In this document: positions 40,980 through 54,249 of the stretch, in pieces
Position numbering within the stretch: the first letter of the stretch is position 1
Layout: every line of letters begins with the position of its first letter
Notes under the pieces: model-generated
Database searches by the model: none
Told to the model about the DNA's origin: nothing
Seen by the model: only the letters and a program-made list of their open reading frames with translations
Position numbers and translations under genes: made by a program
Assembly: GCA_951406725.2 (NCBI GenBank)
Contig: OX597814.1
Coordinates: forward strand, 150,350,001-150,414,000
DNA length: 64,000 nt
Direction: 5' to 3'
Source of the DNA: Octopus vulgaris
Lineage: Eukaryota

Positions 40980-42732
40980 CTCCAAAGTATCTCAATGGGT
41001 AAAAATGGAAAATAAAGAAAAAGATCTGAAAGTCGATATTAATAAAGAACAAGTTATTATTGAAATCCGAAAAATTATAAAAGACGAAGGGAAATTGCTG
41101 GTTCATCATCAAAAGTCAAGCAACGATAAGCAGAATTGTTGAAATGATTGAAATGGTATGACTTTTTTAAAAATTTGGATCGAATTTGTCAGTAAAAAAT
41201 GCATTCGTTTAAGCCAATATTCTATTCAAAACAGGCGCTATAAAACCTGTTAAACTATCTGAAGCAGTTTAAAGAAAATGGAAAGAAAACTAAACTGAAT
41301 CTGAAACTTTCTAAGCATTTTCTGGAAGTTTTAGATGTTTCAACAGGTTTAGAAATGTATTAGATGATCGATTAGTCGCCACTAGCAATATTTCTAACTA
41401 AAAAATGTGTTAGATGATCATTTAGCGCTTAGAATATGGGTTACGAGTTTTTATTCTTCGTCAAATAAATTTCCTTCTCTGCTAAAATCTGAAATAGGGA
41501 AAAAGCACAAAGACAGACGAGAATGCAGCAGCAAGATATCTCGGTGAATTGAAAGATTTATTGAAGACAGCGGTTATATGATGAATAAATTATGTATGTT
41601 GATGGCATGTGGTTATTTTGGAAATAAATGCTTAATGAAATTAACTTGAAATACAAACATATAAAAAACTATAAGCTGTGTTCGAAGTTGCAAATAATCC
41701 TTCATAATGTATTTTGGGTGGGGGTGGAATTGTAGGTGGTAGCTAAATGACATCAAACAACTTTGGGATCGAAATGCTGCGAGAATTATATTCCATACAG
41801 ATCTTTCGGTCAGAAAACTCTCGTGCTATTATAGGTCAAGCAAGGTCTTCTTACAAAAAACGAAACAAGAGCATATACTGAATTATTTTCCCCTCTTTTG
41901 TTATTCGAGAATTGCTCCTGTTATTAGTTCAAAAGCCAATAAATATATGTGTATATATATATATATATACTAGCTTACAGTGACCCGCTCTACGCGCGGG
42001 TAAGTGTGTGGTTGTTACTTTCTGTAACAGTGAAATTAAACAGTGAAAAACATAACCCAAAACATAAAAGTAAAAATATAGTGTACAAAATATATAAAAT
42101 ATAAAATTTAAAAATTTAAATTATTCAAATTTAAAATTAAAATTATTAATTTATATTATATATAACTATCAAAAAGTATTAAAAAGTTTAATATACATAA
42201 ATACAGATATATACACTTTGTATATACATATTATATATACACATTTATATATAGAACACACACACACACATATAAATTAACCCAATAAATATCTGATTCA
42301 TAATATTTGTTCTCACGATTGTGTGGTGGTGGTGATGATAATTCTCTCTATGAATGCAGACAGACGTAGAGAAAGAGAGTGTGTGAAAGCGCTGTCGAAG
42401 GCGGGGAGGAGGGGGAGATTGAGGACGCTGTGAAACGACGTTATGAAGAGAAAGTGAAGGTACGGGAAGTAGACGCTGTGAAACGACGTTATATATAGAA
42501 AGTGATGGGAAGGGAGGAAAGAGAATGAGTGATGGAGGAAGACAGATACATAAAAGAATGAGAGTAGACTTGTCAAAGTGCGTTTTTGGCCCTAGCAACG
42601 ACACCTTTTAAGATGGGGATTTCTAACCTAGCCCACTCGCATCCTCACCTCATTTTACATGTCCCTGTAAATTTTGGAGTCAATCCGACGGGATCTAGTG
42701 GCCTTTAACAAACAAATTTTCGCATTTCAGAT

Positions 42733-42786
<54 letters not shown>

Positions 42787-43450
42787 TAACTCTAAATTTC
42801 ACCGCAGTAAATACATCACCGGCTGTTATTTTCAGCTTTGCGGTATCTCGTTGATACCCTGTGTTATAATATATATATATAATTCATTTCCTAATTTTCT
42901 ACAATGTTCAAGAACATTCACATACTTGTGGTGAATTATATCAAAATATTGAATTTTAACACCGATTACTTCGTTGGTGCTATCAACAGACCAAAAGATA
43001 ACCACTACATTCAATGCCTACTACATTCGCGAAACTCTTGTACCTGCATATGATAAAGAAGGTGGAAGAAAACAATTAATCTTACAGACATTAAAAGAAC
43101 TTTAACATAAAGAATTCATTGGAAAATATTAATGAGGCATGGCATGATATTACAAGCAGTGATTCCGTAACTGATTAGAAAAATGTAATTCTTTCCTGCG
43201 CAGATAATTTCGTGGAGCTGAAAAAGTTACAGGGCAGTAGCAAATGTCCCTGCACTCGGTTTACCCATCGAAATGTCTGAATATTATGAAGATAGTTCAT
43301 AAGAGGGTACACATATAGTTCATATAGAAATTAAGCAATTGTCTATGAAAAGCTCGTTGTCAGTTTTAAATTGTTTGAAGATGAAAAACGGCTGATAATT
43401 AATTTAGAATCAGATGCAGGAACAGCAGTGCAAGTCGGAAGAAAAGATAA
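40980..43450 (+). mobile_element. Tigger/pogo-like transposase relic, interrupted by a Helitron
   Basis: Degenerate peptides FSGSFRCFNRFRN; IEDSGY..DGMWLFWK (cf. DETGLFWK); IFRSENSRA; then, after the Helitron, TSLVLSTDQKITTTFNAYYIR (cf. QPMDQG..FKAYY) and KNFNIKNSLENINEAWHDI. Confidence 0.7.
41970..42740 (-). mobile_element. non-autonomous Helitron
   Basis: 3' CTAG|T at 41970-41973 with a hairpin CCCGC..GCGGG at 41984-42000. The 5' region reads TATTATAAATCTGAAATGCGAAAATTTGTTTG on the minus strand, resembling non-autonomous Helitron 5' ends. The exact 5' TC is lost in a (TA)n tract. Confidence 0.75.
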
Positions 43451-43739
43451 AAATGCAATCAGTTTCTATGGAGCCACTTAGAAAGAGAAGAGGAAGAAAG
43501 AAAAACTGAAACAAACGTCTCTTGCACAAAGGTAAAAAAGAAAGAAAAAATTATCCGACCATTTAACGTATCTTCCGGCAAAGAGGTCGGCGTTGTATAT
43601 AGTATAAAGATGCAGTGTAAGCATTCAAACATCGTCACTATCGTCACGGTTTCGAAATCCTGCTGCATTTCACGTGGAATTCTTAGCCATCGTAAGTCAT
43701 TTTGGTGTATAAGACGTTCGATACAGACATATATTATTT

Positions 43740-43998
43740 TATTCTTTTACTTGTTTCAGTCACTTGACTGCACCCATACTGGAGCACCGCCTTGAAGGGT
43801 TTCAGTCGAACAAATCTGCCCAAGGATTTTTCAAGACTAGTACTTATTTTATTAGTCTTTTTGGCCGAACCGCTAAGTTACAGGGACGTAAACACACCAA
43901 CGCCAGTTGTCAAGCCCTGATACAGTGGGGACAAACAGGGACACAAAGGCACACATGCGTAGATATATACATACATAAATACATACATGCACACACAC

Positions 43999-44050
<52 letters not shown>

Positions 44051-44091
44051 TTTGTAGAACGATATATACACTCTAAGATGTAGCGCAGTAA

Positions 44092-44136
<45 letters not shown>

Positions 44137-44240
44137 CACACATGACGGGCTTCTTCCAGTTTACGTCTGCCAAATCCACTCAGAAGGCTTTTGTCTGCCC
44201 GTGGCTATAGTTGAAGACACTTGCTCAAGCGGGACTGAAC
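43740..44240 (-). mobile_element. SINE family A, reverse orientation
   Basis: Reverse complement of the family A body and tail (TTTTACTTGTTTCAGTC; GACGGGCTTCTT; AAATCCACTC), with an expanded microsatellite. Confidence 0.8.
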
Positions 44241-45687
44241 CCTTGCTCCCGAAAAATTCTACTTGTATGCTGAAAGATATTTGCGGCGGAGTGCAATATG
44301 ACATGTTTTGACATAAATGAAGTTACTAAATATATTATAGGTAAATATAGAGAAATGAGCTCAAACTGCAATCGAAATTTCATCGACGATTCCTATTACG
44401 ATATATTGGGTCTTGTTCACCAACCTAGCACCAGTTTCTTAAGTCATTGATTATTTCCAGTTGACACAATACCAATATATTTTCGATTGATTTGTTTTCA
44501 ATGTATTATTGCTATTTATTTTATACTTCAAATTTGGAAATTCGATCCCTGCCGTGATAATTTAATTCTCAACAAACGAAACTAAATACAGTAAACAATT
44601 TACTGCGGTGCTCTATCGATTCAACAGTACTGTAACGAGAGTATAAATTTGTAACATGTATTTGCTTTATATTTTTATCGATAGAATATAAAAACTACAT
44701 TGATAAGTGTTAAGTAACATAGTGTGCAAAATCAGATTAGTTTTATTGAAATAGTAACCTCAAGATTCTTACACATAGAAAAGAAACCCCAGGTGACTAA
44801 CACCACAACATTTGCTCACCAGTCAATTATTTTATTAGGATATTTTTTCAAAAACTGTAGGAGCGCAAACCGAAATATAAAAATAAATACATTAGCTATA
44901 TTTCCGTAAAGATAAGCTATGTTGTAAATATTTTTCTGTTATGATATTGAAAATAAAATTTTGCTTCTTACAAATTGTGTACGTATATGTATATCCTATA
45001 ACAGATAAAATCACATACACACGCGTGCACACACACACATACATAGAGACAGACAAATAGATAGACATACAGATTGACATACAGACAGATAGATAGTTAG
45101 ATAGATAGATAGACAGACAGACAGATAGATAGATAGATACATACATACATACATACTTACATACATATGCATATACTTATATGTAGATTCAGTGTGCGTG
45201 TATATACACACGCACACATACACGTGTGTGTGTGTGTGCGTACGCATGTACATATGTGTACATATATATGCATTCAAGAATGTGAATATGTACACACATA
45301 TATACATAAGAACACGCTCATATTATCACAAATATACACATTGTACAAATATAAATATGTGTGAATATACTATATGATAATATAAAATTATATACATATA
45401 CATTTATATATATTCACATACACACACACACACACACACAACACAGTACACACAACACACACTTATACATGAAGTAGATAATAATTACATGATTATGCAG
45501 GTAAGAAATACACCATGTTTCAAAATACGCATCGTAGCTCAAAACAAAATAGATTTCACTGATAGGGATTAATAAATAACAAATTTATTAGAGCTATTAT
45601 CTGTGTGAAAGAGAAAGTGGAAAATGGGAAATCTCGAAGGACTATACATGTCTTCATACATAATTTCGTGTCTGTATGCTAATATTT

Positions 45688-45952
45688 GTGGAGGCGCGTG
45701 ACTTAGTGGTCAGGGTGTCAGCATCATGATCGTAAGGTTGTGGTTTCGATTCCTGGACCGGGCGACGCGTTGTGTTCTTGAGCAAAACACATCATTTCAC
45801 GTTGCTCCAGTTCACTCAGCTGGCAAAAATGAGTAACGCTGCGATGAACTGGCGTCCCGTCCAGCTGGAAAACACATACGCCATAGAAACCGGGAAACCG
45901 GTCCCATGAGCCTGGCTAGACTTTAAAAGGGCGCATTTATTTATTATTTATT
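45688..45952 (+). mobile_element. tRNA-derived SINE, family D (V-SINE-like central motif)
   Basis: tRNA head, central CTGCGATGAACTGGCGTCCCGTCCAG, (TTTA)n tail, and TSD TATGYTAATATTT at 45675 and 45953. Confidence 0.85.
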
Positions 45953-45966
45953 TATGTTAATATTTA

Positions 45967-46409
45967 GGATCTTTTCGGTTTGAACGGCAGTTTTTAACAT
46001 AATTTCTAGGTAACTAAAAAAATTAAAACTTCGTATACTGGTAGAATGTGTTTATAAAACATCTTTTTCTCTTGTCTTTATTGAGAAAATTCTATAGTTT
46101 GTAAGACATTTGTTGTTTTTTTTCTTCAGTTTCTGCAATTTCAACCAATCATTGACGTCTATTGAGGTAAAAAAAAACATTCTGTTCTGTATGAATATGT
46201 CCCTCGTTTAAGAAACAGATTGCGTTTATTTACATTTGTGAAGAAAAAAATATACCCTTCCCCCCACCCCTAACCCTAACCCTAGCCCTAACTAACCCTA
46301 ACCCTAAAACACATTGAAATGCAATAGATCGATACTAGGGTCATAATTATGGGTGACAATTTCATATGAGACCGCTAGAAAAAAATTGTCGTTCAAACCG
46401 AAAAGATCC
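45967..46409. mobile_element. MITE-like non-autonomous TIR element with internal (CCCTAA)n
   Basis: Perfect 20-bp TIR GGATCTTTTCGGTTTGAACG. A 7-bp direct repeat ATATTTA lies on both flanks. Telomere-like repeats at 46268-46307. Confidence 0.9.
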
Positions 46410-46798
46410 ATATTTATATATCAATATGCATAAACACGCACACGATCATTAATACTCACGTGCGTAAACACATTCTTATGTCATATATGTACACCACACT
46501 GGCACTTCAGAACCTCTGATACTTTTACTTCTTGTCTCCTTTGATAAGTCCAGCACCCTGAACCTTAACTGACCAATCTGCCGAATATTTAGAACATTCT
46601 TCCTGCGCATATCTTTCCCTAAATTTGTTGATCTGCAACGGTTTAAACAAAGCATTAATGGCTAACCGGCGTAGGTCCAGAAGTACTTCGTCTTCTTGCA
46701 GATTCAGCGAGTAAAAGATAAATATTTATATACTTATATACATATCTGCATACATACATACGTACACGCAAACATGCGCACACGCACGCATGTACATT

Positions 46799-46832
<34 letters not shown>

Positions 46833-46879
46833 ACACTGACACCCACACACATATATATATATACACATGATGTGAGGGT

Positions 46880-47935
46880 ATTTGAACAAACATAATTATC
46901 AGTATTACCCTCTTCAAACTAATTACAATACAAACACAAAAAATGACATGACATTGAGTCATTGAAATCATGCCAGCTCTCAAAATGTTGAAAGACTCTT
47001 TCGTACACAAAGTTTGGATGGAACTGGAACCATCTAGCAGGAACTATCTAGCGAGAACAATCTAGCAGGAAACTTCTAGCGGGAACCATCTAGCGGAAAA
47101 AAATATTGTACACTTTAGGACACTATAATGGTATTACAATTCATCTAAACGGATTCAGAACATTAATAATGATGTTCCCGGAAAATCAATCAGGGCCATT
47201 GCCAAAGACCTTCAGGTGTGGGAGTGGACTATCAGATCTCTGGTGTGAGAGACGCCAATTCATATCTACGACGACACAGGAAAACCATTTAATCTGTGCC
47301 AAGCTATTACTTAAGAAGTTTTTTAAAAAATCTAATGAACAAGTTTAAAAACCTCATGAACATGAAATGATTTGGTTCTCACTGATGAGAAAAAACGACA
47401 TCCAAGCTCCAAGCTCCATCGTTATGTTCAGATTCTTTTGAGGCTCCAGAATGATGCCCAGTAAGATTCCCGCAAATATGATGGTTTTTAGGTGGGGTGA
47501 GTAACGAAGATCAGGATATAACATTTCATATCTTTCCAAAGAGTTGTAGAATTCATGCTACTGGATACGTTGTGATGCTTAAGAGAGGTTTTAAGCCCTT
47601 GATGGATAAATTGCACAATGCAAGGATACGTCTGTTTCAAAATGACTCATCAGGTTCTCAATAATCTTACGTAACCCAAGAATGGATATCAGACAAACTT
47701 CACGATCGTGTTACACCAAACATTCCAGATTTCAATCCCATGGCCTGCTGCGTTTGGAGCCTTAGAGAAAGCGGGTGGCTAATATACATTCTCACAATAC
47801 TGTAGCTTCACTAAAGGCGGTCATGGTCCAGGTAATATCCGAAATGAATAAGCAGCCTTTTGTGCAGGCATGTAAAAGATCCCGGTCCCGCACTGAAACA
47901 GTCATCGAAGCAGAAAGGAGATTCATAGAATAATT
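46880..47935 (+). mobile_element. Tc1/mariner-superfamily (maT-like) transposase relic
   Basis: TDEKK (first D); PANMMVF..VSNE; FQNDSSGS (cf. FQQDSAPAH); QEWISD; PDFNPMACCVW (cf. SPDLNPMDYxVW); VIEAERRFIE*. Confidence 0.7.
47026..47095 (+). repeat. 14-bp tandem repeat x5 (GGAACCATCTAGCR)
   Basis: Five consecutive units at 47026, 47040, 47054, 47068 and 47082, with no spacers. Confidence 0.9.
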
Positions 47936-48099
47936 TCATGAGAAAGCTTATCGAGAACATGTGCACAAGTTTTTATTAAAATACTTTAGGCTTTGACTTG
48001 ATTAGACTTGGTTTATTAAATTACCAAATATGTACTCAAATGCCTTTCCCTCTGTGTATATATGTATGTATAGTTACACACATTTACACATATATCTAT

Positions 48100-48173
<74 letters not shown>

Positions 48174-49650
48174 CACATTTATTCCTACATATGTACATAA
48201 ATGTTTTCAAGGGTTTTTTCCCCTTAAAGTCTTAAGAATAAATTTATTTAATTATTCCATTTTCTTTTTTATTTCATTCTTTATGTATTTGAAATTTTGA
48301 TTTCTACTAATTAAATTTCTTTCACAATTTTCTATTCTGAAATTACAATTTACCTTTGTTATAGGGAATATTTGGCATGCTACGTTTAAATTTTTACTTT
48401 TATCCAAGAATTTGTTGCTCCAGTGCACTATTCAGGTTTTTCTTCTCTTTTTTAAAAACTATCGCTTTATATACCGTTGTGCGCTTCAAAATAACAATCA
48501 CGTTTATGACTTTTCCAATACAGAAACAAACATATTTAACAAAGAAAAATCAATTTCAAAACATAAATATGCGTATAAAATTATTCGAAAGCAATTTCTG
48601 ATTCGGATGGGTTGAGTGGGTGATTTTTAATTACAACTCCATCTTTAATTTCATTTCTATAAACTCTGAGCTCTGAACTTATGTCAGTTCAAGCGACCTT
48701 ATGGTAATCTCATACCTCTGACTTTGAGGAGAAATATATTAAGTAATATGCATGGTCCTCCTTCAAACAAAAATTGTTTCATCTTGTATGTTTGACCTCA
48801 CTGACTTTGTTAGTATGCACTTAGTTAAGTAATGATTAAAATACTAAATGTAGTGAACAAACAATTTTTTGAATAATTCAACTCTGTTAGAAAAAAATCA
48901 TTAGATCAATTTAAATTTGATCAAAGCAAGTAGAAAAAGCATCTCTATAGGGGAACTAACAAAGCATCACAAGAGCTAATATTATCTTTAGTTCTTGCAT
49001 TCTGCTGGGAGATTGCATTCGGGTCCAGGGCAACTGCCTGAAGTGCGAGGCGGTCGAGTTTTGGATAACTCTGACACTCCTACTTTTTTTGTGAGTGATA
49101 TTTTCGTGTTTAAATTGCCAGAATATTTTTGATCTAACTTTCATGCTATATTAAGTATTTTTACCCTCCCTCTGTTTTATTGTATATTTTTGTTCCTAAT
49201 CATATATAAAATTGTTTATGCGTACGAGCCATATTCATAGGATCTATGAAGAAATTATTAATTAAATCTGATCCTTGACAAGTATGTTGATAACTCCGTT
49301 CTTTCTTCCCATATAAATGTAGATTACTTTACATAGTACAAAAATTGATAAACCAAAATATATTTCTGGCGTTTTCGACCCGCAGTCTTAACCATTAAAC
49401 CCACTTAATTCTTTAGTGCACTCCATAACATGCACATGATTTGTTCTTATTTCACTTTCCATATTAATTTGTGACTTAATGCCTATTAAGAAAAATCAAT
49501 AAATTAAAAGTTACCACCGCTGTAAACCTTATCAAATTAGAAACATCCCGGTGCTTCACAGTTCATGGTAGCCTAATTCTGTTCCAGATGGCAAAGATCT
49601 AGAAAATAGGTGCTTTCATCAGTTGAAGCAGAATTAAAGGAATGCTGTTA

Positions 49651-50888
49651 TGAGAGTTGTCCTGGAAGTAATGCAAATAATTTTTTTTATTAAATGACAT
49701 ATGCCATTTAAATTGTACATGCTGGTAGAATAACTCTTTATTTCCACGGAGACACTACTCAACATAATCTCCAAGTCTCCATCATATACAATGCATTTGC
49801 GCCATTGTTGAATCCAACTTTTAAATCCTCTTTGAGAAACTTCAGATATACATTGTTCACCCACTTTTTCTCAGTTTTCCTTCACCTCGACTGTGCCATC
49901 AAATCATTGTTTCCGAAAACTGTACTCTGTTGGACCGAACAGGTGAAAGTTGGAGCGCATCAGATCCAAGTTGCACGGTGGGTGGGAGATCACTGAACAA
50001 CCAATTTACCGAATGTCTGATTTGTTGCCGATGATGCGTGGGGTCACGCAGTGTAATGCTGAATAGGAAAGATTTCAGACTTCTGTTTTGGTCATTTGCA
50101 CCTAATGGCTCCTCCATGCTCTTGTAGTGTCTCAATGTACCACTCGTCGTTCACTGTAGAACCGTGGTCTAGACAATAAAGAAGAGTGACAACGAAACAG
50201 TCACTATGAAAATATGTGCTGATCACTGGCTCTTGAACGTCTTAGGCCTTAAAAATGAGGCTTGACGCCATTCAGGGGATTGAGTTTTCGTTTCTGGATC
50301 ATAAGGAGATGCCCATTTCTCATCCCCTATCACCAGATTGGAAAAAAAATTGTGTCTTCTTTGGTTTCAAACATTTCAAGCAGATTGAGCAAATTCCCCC
50401 CCTTCTTTCCTTCAGTCAGTTACCAAGTTATCGACTTTGCTTAAACTTTTCGGTATTCAAAGACATACTTCTTCATTGTAACTACAGTCAAGCTGTGTAG
50501 TAAACTCACAGATTGTGATTCGTTTGCTTGCGTAAATTAGTTTGTCCACTTGCTAGTGATTCGTGTCAGCATTTGCTGAAGCTGATATTCTCTCACGGGT
50601 TTTATGTTCAATGCTGGTTTCACCTTCTTTAAATTTCATCTTGTCAACAGTGTCAATCCCGCAAGAACGACATAACTTTACATGGATACCGAAGATATAG
50701 GAAAGCTTTCATCTCACCTTCGTTAAAAAAATCTCACTGGTGGCACGTTGTTTCTGTTTGGAACCTGTTATTTGCTGCAATGAAGAACAGGAAATACAGT
50801 TACTATATTCTAGCAATTTGTGCATTTTGAACTACCTGTAAATACAATAGTTATGCCCACTGCTGAATTACTTTAGGAACAGTTCTTG
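49651..50888 (-). mobile_element. mariner-type DNA transposon relic, approximately full length
   Basis: LVIGDEKWASPYDPETKTQSPEW; HYTA*PH (cf. HDNARPH); PPCNLDLMRSNFHLFGP (cf. PPYSPDLAPSDFHLF); WRKCIVYDGD. Degenerate TIRs are flanked by TA on both sides; length ~1.24 kb. Confidence 0.8.
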
Positions 50889-51042
50889 TATTATTGTCGT
50901 TTAGTTCCAAGCCAGCGTTGATCGAGCCCTTTAATATTTATGACTACAAGATCTAATGTATCATTTCTTTTTCCAATACATTAGGATGTGATTTAAGTGA
51001 GAATTAATTGCTGTTTCTTGCTGGTCGAATAGGTGTATAGAG

Positions 51043-52103
51043 CAATGTTTCTCAATCTGTCAGATGATTTGCCAAAATTAGGATATCCTTACGCAGATGA
51101 GGAATAATATGAAACGATCCCCCTACCTTATCAGTCTTCAAAGAGCTGAATCGATAGACACTTTATGTGTAAGTCAATTGGTTATGTATACCCGATAGAG
51201 GCATGACGATGCCTTGAATGTTGAACTTTAGTTCTGTTAACTATTGCGAACCACTAACAAAGTTGTTGTTTTCTGTTTACTTGAAAATTGTTTAAAGGCA
51301 ATGAACTGGTGTGGAACTTTCTGTCTTCTGTGTGTGCTGATGGTAGACCAGGAATGAGTTGGTAAAACTTCAATTTTGCAATTTGGTAAGAATTACAGTT
51401 GTATAATTCATTGACTTGCAACTATTGTGATGAATATATAATATAAATGTAAAGTCAGGGATATCGTGATGAAAATCTGTTGCTTCATTCAAGGCAAATT
51501 TATCAGATATAGGATTTTCTGCGAGGAATTTTAAAAGTAAATTTCAAGTTCTATTTTCTGTTTCTTTTCCTTGAAACACTTATACTTAAAACAGCTAAAT
51601 GCATATTCTCAAATTACAAAGGTAACATTAGTATCAATTATTTCGTTTCCCACAATGTATCTTGCGATGGACGCATTTTCCTTAATGTCGCATATGAAAA
51701 ATTACCAGGAACAGAATGAAACTGAGCCTCATTCATGACATGGGCTTAACATTCACTAATACAAAGATAAACTGGGGTGAAAATAAGCAATAACGTATTG
51801 TTCCATATTGTGCGTTAACCATCACGTGAACTAGGTGAAGATAATGATTTTCATTAAGTTGGTTCACTGTAAATGCTTCTGTACTAGTGGATTTTTCATA
51901 TTTCTTAAAGTATTTTCATATAGAAATAAAATAGAACTTAAATTCACTTGCCTATATATTTATAGAATATAAGGAAGGGCATTAACCGATTCAGTTTGTC
52001 ATCAAATGTTTACTGGACTAGCAAAATTTTGAAAAAAACAGATATAGTCTTAGAGGTGATCAAATTCAACTGTTGGAAGATAGACATCTTGGTGAGAAAC
52101 ACG
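51043..52103 (+). mobile_element. hAT Charlie-like deleted relic
   Basis: Ends CAATGTTTCTCAA and TGAGAAACACG resemble Charlie TIRs. Internal SVCADGRPGM matches the CTDGAPAM catalytic motif. Confidence 0.45.
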
Positions 52104-53339
52104 ATTCAGAATATAAAATGCAGACTCCTTGGTTGACGTATCTCAAAGTCTAGTACCTCAGCAACTTTTCTTTTAAATGGAACTGAACTGTTAAAGTAAG
52201 TCCCAATAAAATTATTTTAACTGAGTAATCTATTCTAGTCCATAATATACTTAATTGAGATTCCGCTTTAGACCGTGTCTGTTTTCAAATCTGCTGTTTG
52301 AAAAGTCAATAGGTGGTATGTTGACTCATTTTGAGCAGTCTCTATGGTCACAAATACATATAACTCTAAGTATATATATTTATATTAGAGGACTACAAAT
52401 GTCCACCAGCATTTAATCAGCAGAGATATGTACGTTTCTATAGTTTACAATATATCGCTTAAATGTTAAATAATTCGGTGACGATCTAAATCATGAGTGG
52501 ATTACAAGGCATTACAAATATCACACACGCACACATAATATTATATGTATACACACACGCATGATCGCACACACATACACACAAAAACACACACACGCAC
52601 ACACATGCACACGCACACACGCGCGCGCACATGGATCAACCTCGGCGGGAGAGTGTCTACGTGCTTACATGACCCAATAGCCACTCTCTTAAAATTGCCA
52701 GAGCAAATTAAATAATGTACGCCGTCTCTTCCTTTTGGCAAGTTTTTTTTATCACGGATTTTCTGAGTCGGGATTAATACAGGATTAACCATCAACAAGA
52801 ACTATAACAAAGAAATAGCGAAAAGGAAACACATCGCTTTTATATATATATGTTTTAATAATTACATTATCACTATTACGATGATGACTAAAATGTGTAT
52901 AAAACTCGATGGTGGTAAACTAAAAATCTAAAGGAAATTGCAACAAAGAAATTTAGATGCAAATAATTGGAAAAATAAGTTTCAAATGAGACGTAAAATT
53001 GTGTTAAGATAAATGAAAATTCATTGCCATAATAAGTACTAACAACGAACAAAATTATGAAAATAAACTTTCTCTTGCATAAGTAATTGCTTCGAGATTA
53101 TGTAACTCGGAAACATTATTCACATAATTATTACTTTAGTTAGCGTTAGTATATTTAACGCAAGAAACATTAAAACACTAAGTAGAAATAATTATCCTGT
53201 AGGGAATAAACAACACAAGTTAATGACTAACATTACTTAAACGACTTCCGTAAATACCAGAGGAAATTCCGGACATGTTTCACTCTTAATTTGATCTCAT
53301 GAACGAAGTACAGGCGATAAATTTACACACACGCACACG

Positions 53340-53371
<32 letters not shown>

Positions 53372-54249
53372 CACACATACACACATAGATGTATACAAAT
53401 ATGAGTGTATGTGTGTGTAACATTAGAGTCGTCAAAACTAAGTTAGTATGATTTGATAGCGCGTACCATATGTTTGCTAATTGTTTAATTGTTTTTGGGA
53501 CCCCTATAGCCGTTAGTACAGATATCGACACCCTTTGCACAACTACCACTTTTGTCTCAATAGAAGTTCTATGATGTCATTGTTTGGGGAAGAGAGGACT
53601 GCACTCCCAATGGGCTAAGGATCATTTCTGTTTGGTAGACTAAACGTGAAATGAAGTGCCTTGCGTAAGAGAACTACCCAGTCCAGGAATCGAGTATATG
53701 ATCTTATAATCTTGAGCTGAACATCCATCCCACTAGTCCCTTCATACTACCTCAAGGTATGCAGAAACTAATTGTAGAGAAAGAATTTCTTTCGGATGAT
53801 TTGGTAGCTCACTGTTTCATCAATGAACACACAGATAAAATCAGGCGCACACATACACACGAACACACGGACGATACCAACACTCCCACAACCCAATAAT
53901 GCAAGTAAGCAGTATATTACTTCATATAAAATCAAAAAATCAAAATATTAAAATAAAAATAAAAAACAAGCTAAAAATGAATAAATTAGCATTTCTCTTT
54001 CTTACACACACTTATAATCCTTCAATGATATATAATATCTGTTGCTCTCAAATGCTAAAATCAATTTGTGTATTTCCGGCCATGAAACTCTGTTGAATTT
54101 TTTTTTAAACGTAAATGGGAGTTTTCGTAACAAGAAATAAAGCAATACATCATCCAATTAGCTTAATGCACACGTACACAAACACGAGTACGTATATATG
54201 TTAGACACTGAAGCATTCTTGTTTGGAGGTGGTGGTGGTTACAACGGGG

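Noticed and set aside
46268-46307. (CCCTAA)n as a true telomere or fusion scar
   Set aside because: The tract is short, imperfect and enclosed within a TIR element.
47026-47095. Regular short repeats considered as a CRISPR array
   Set aside because: There are no spacers and no cas genes, and the context is eukaryotic.
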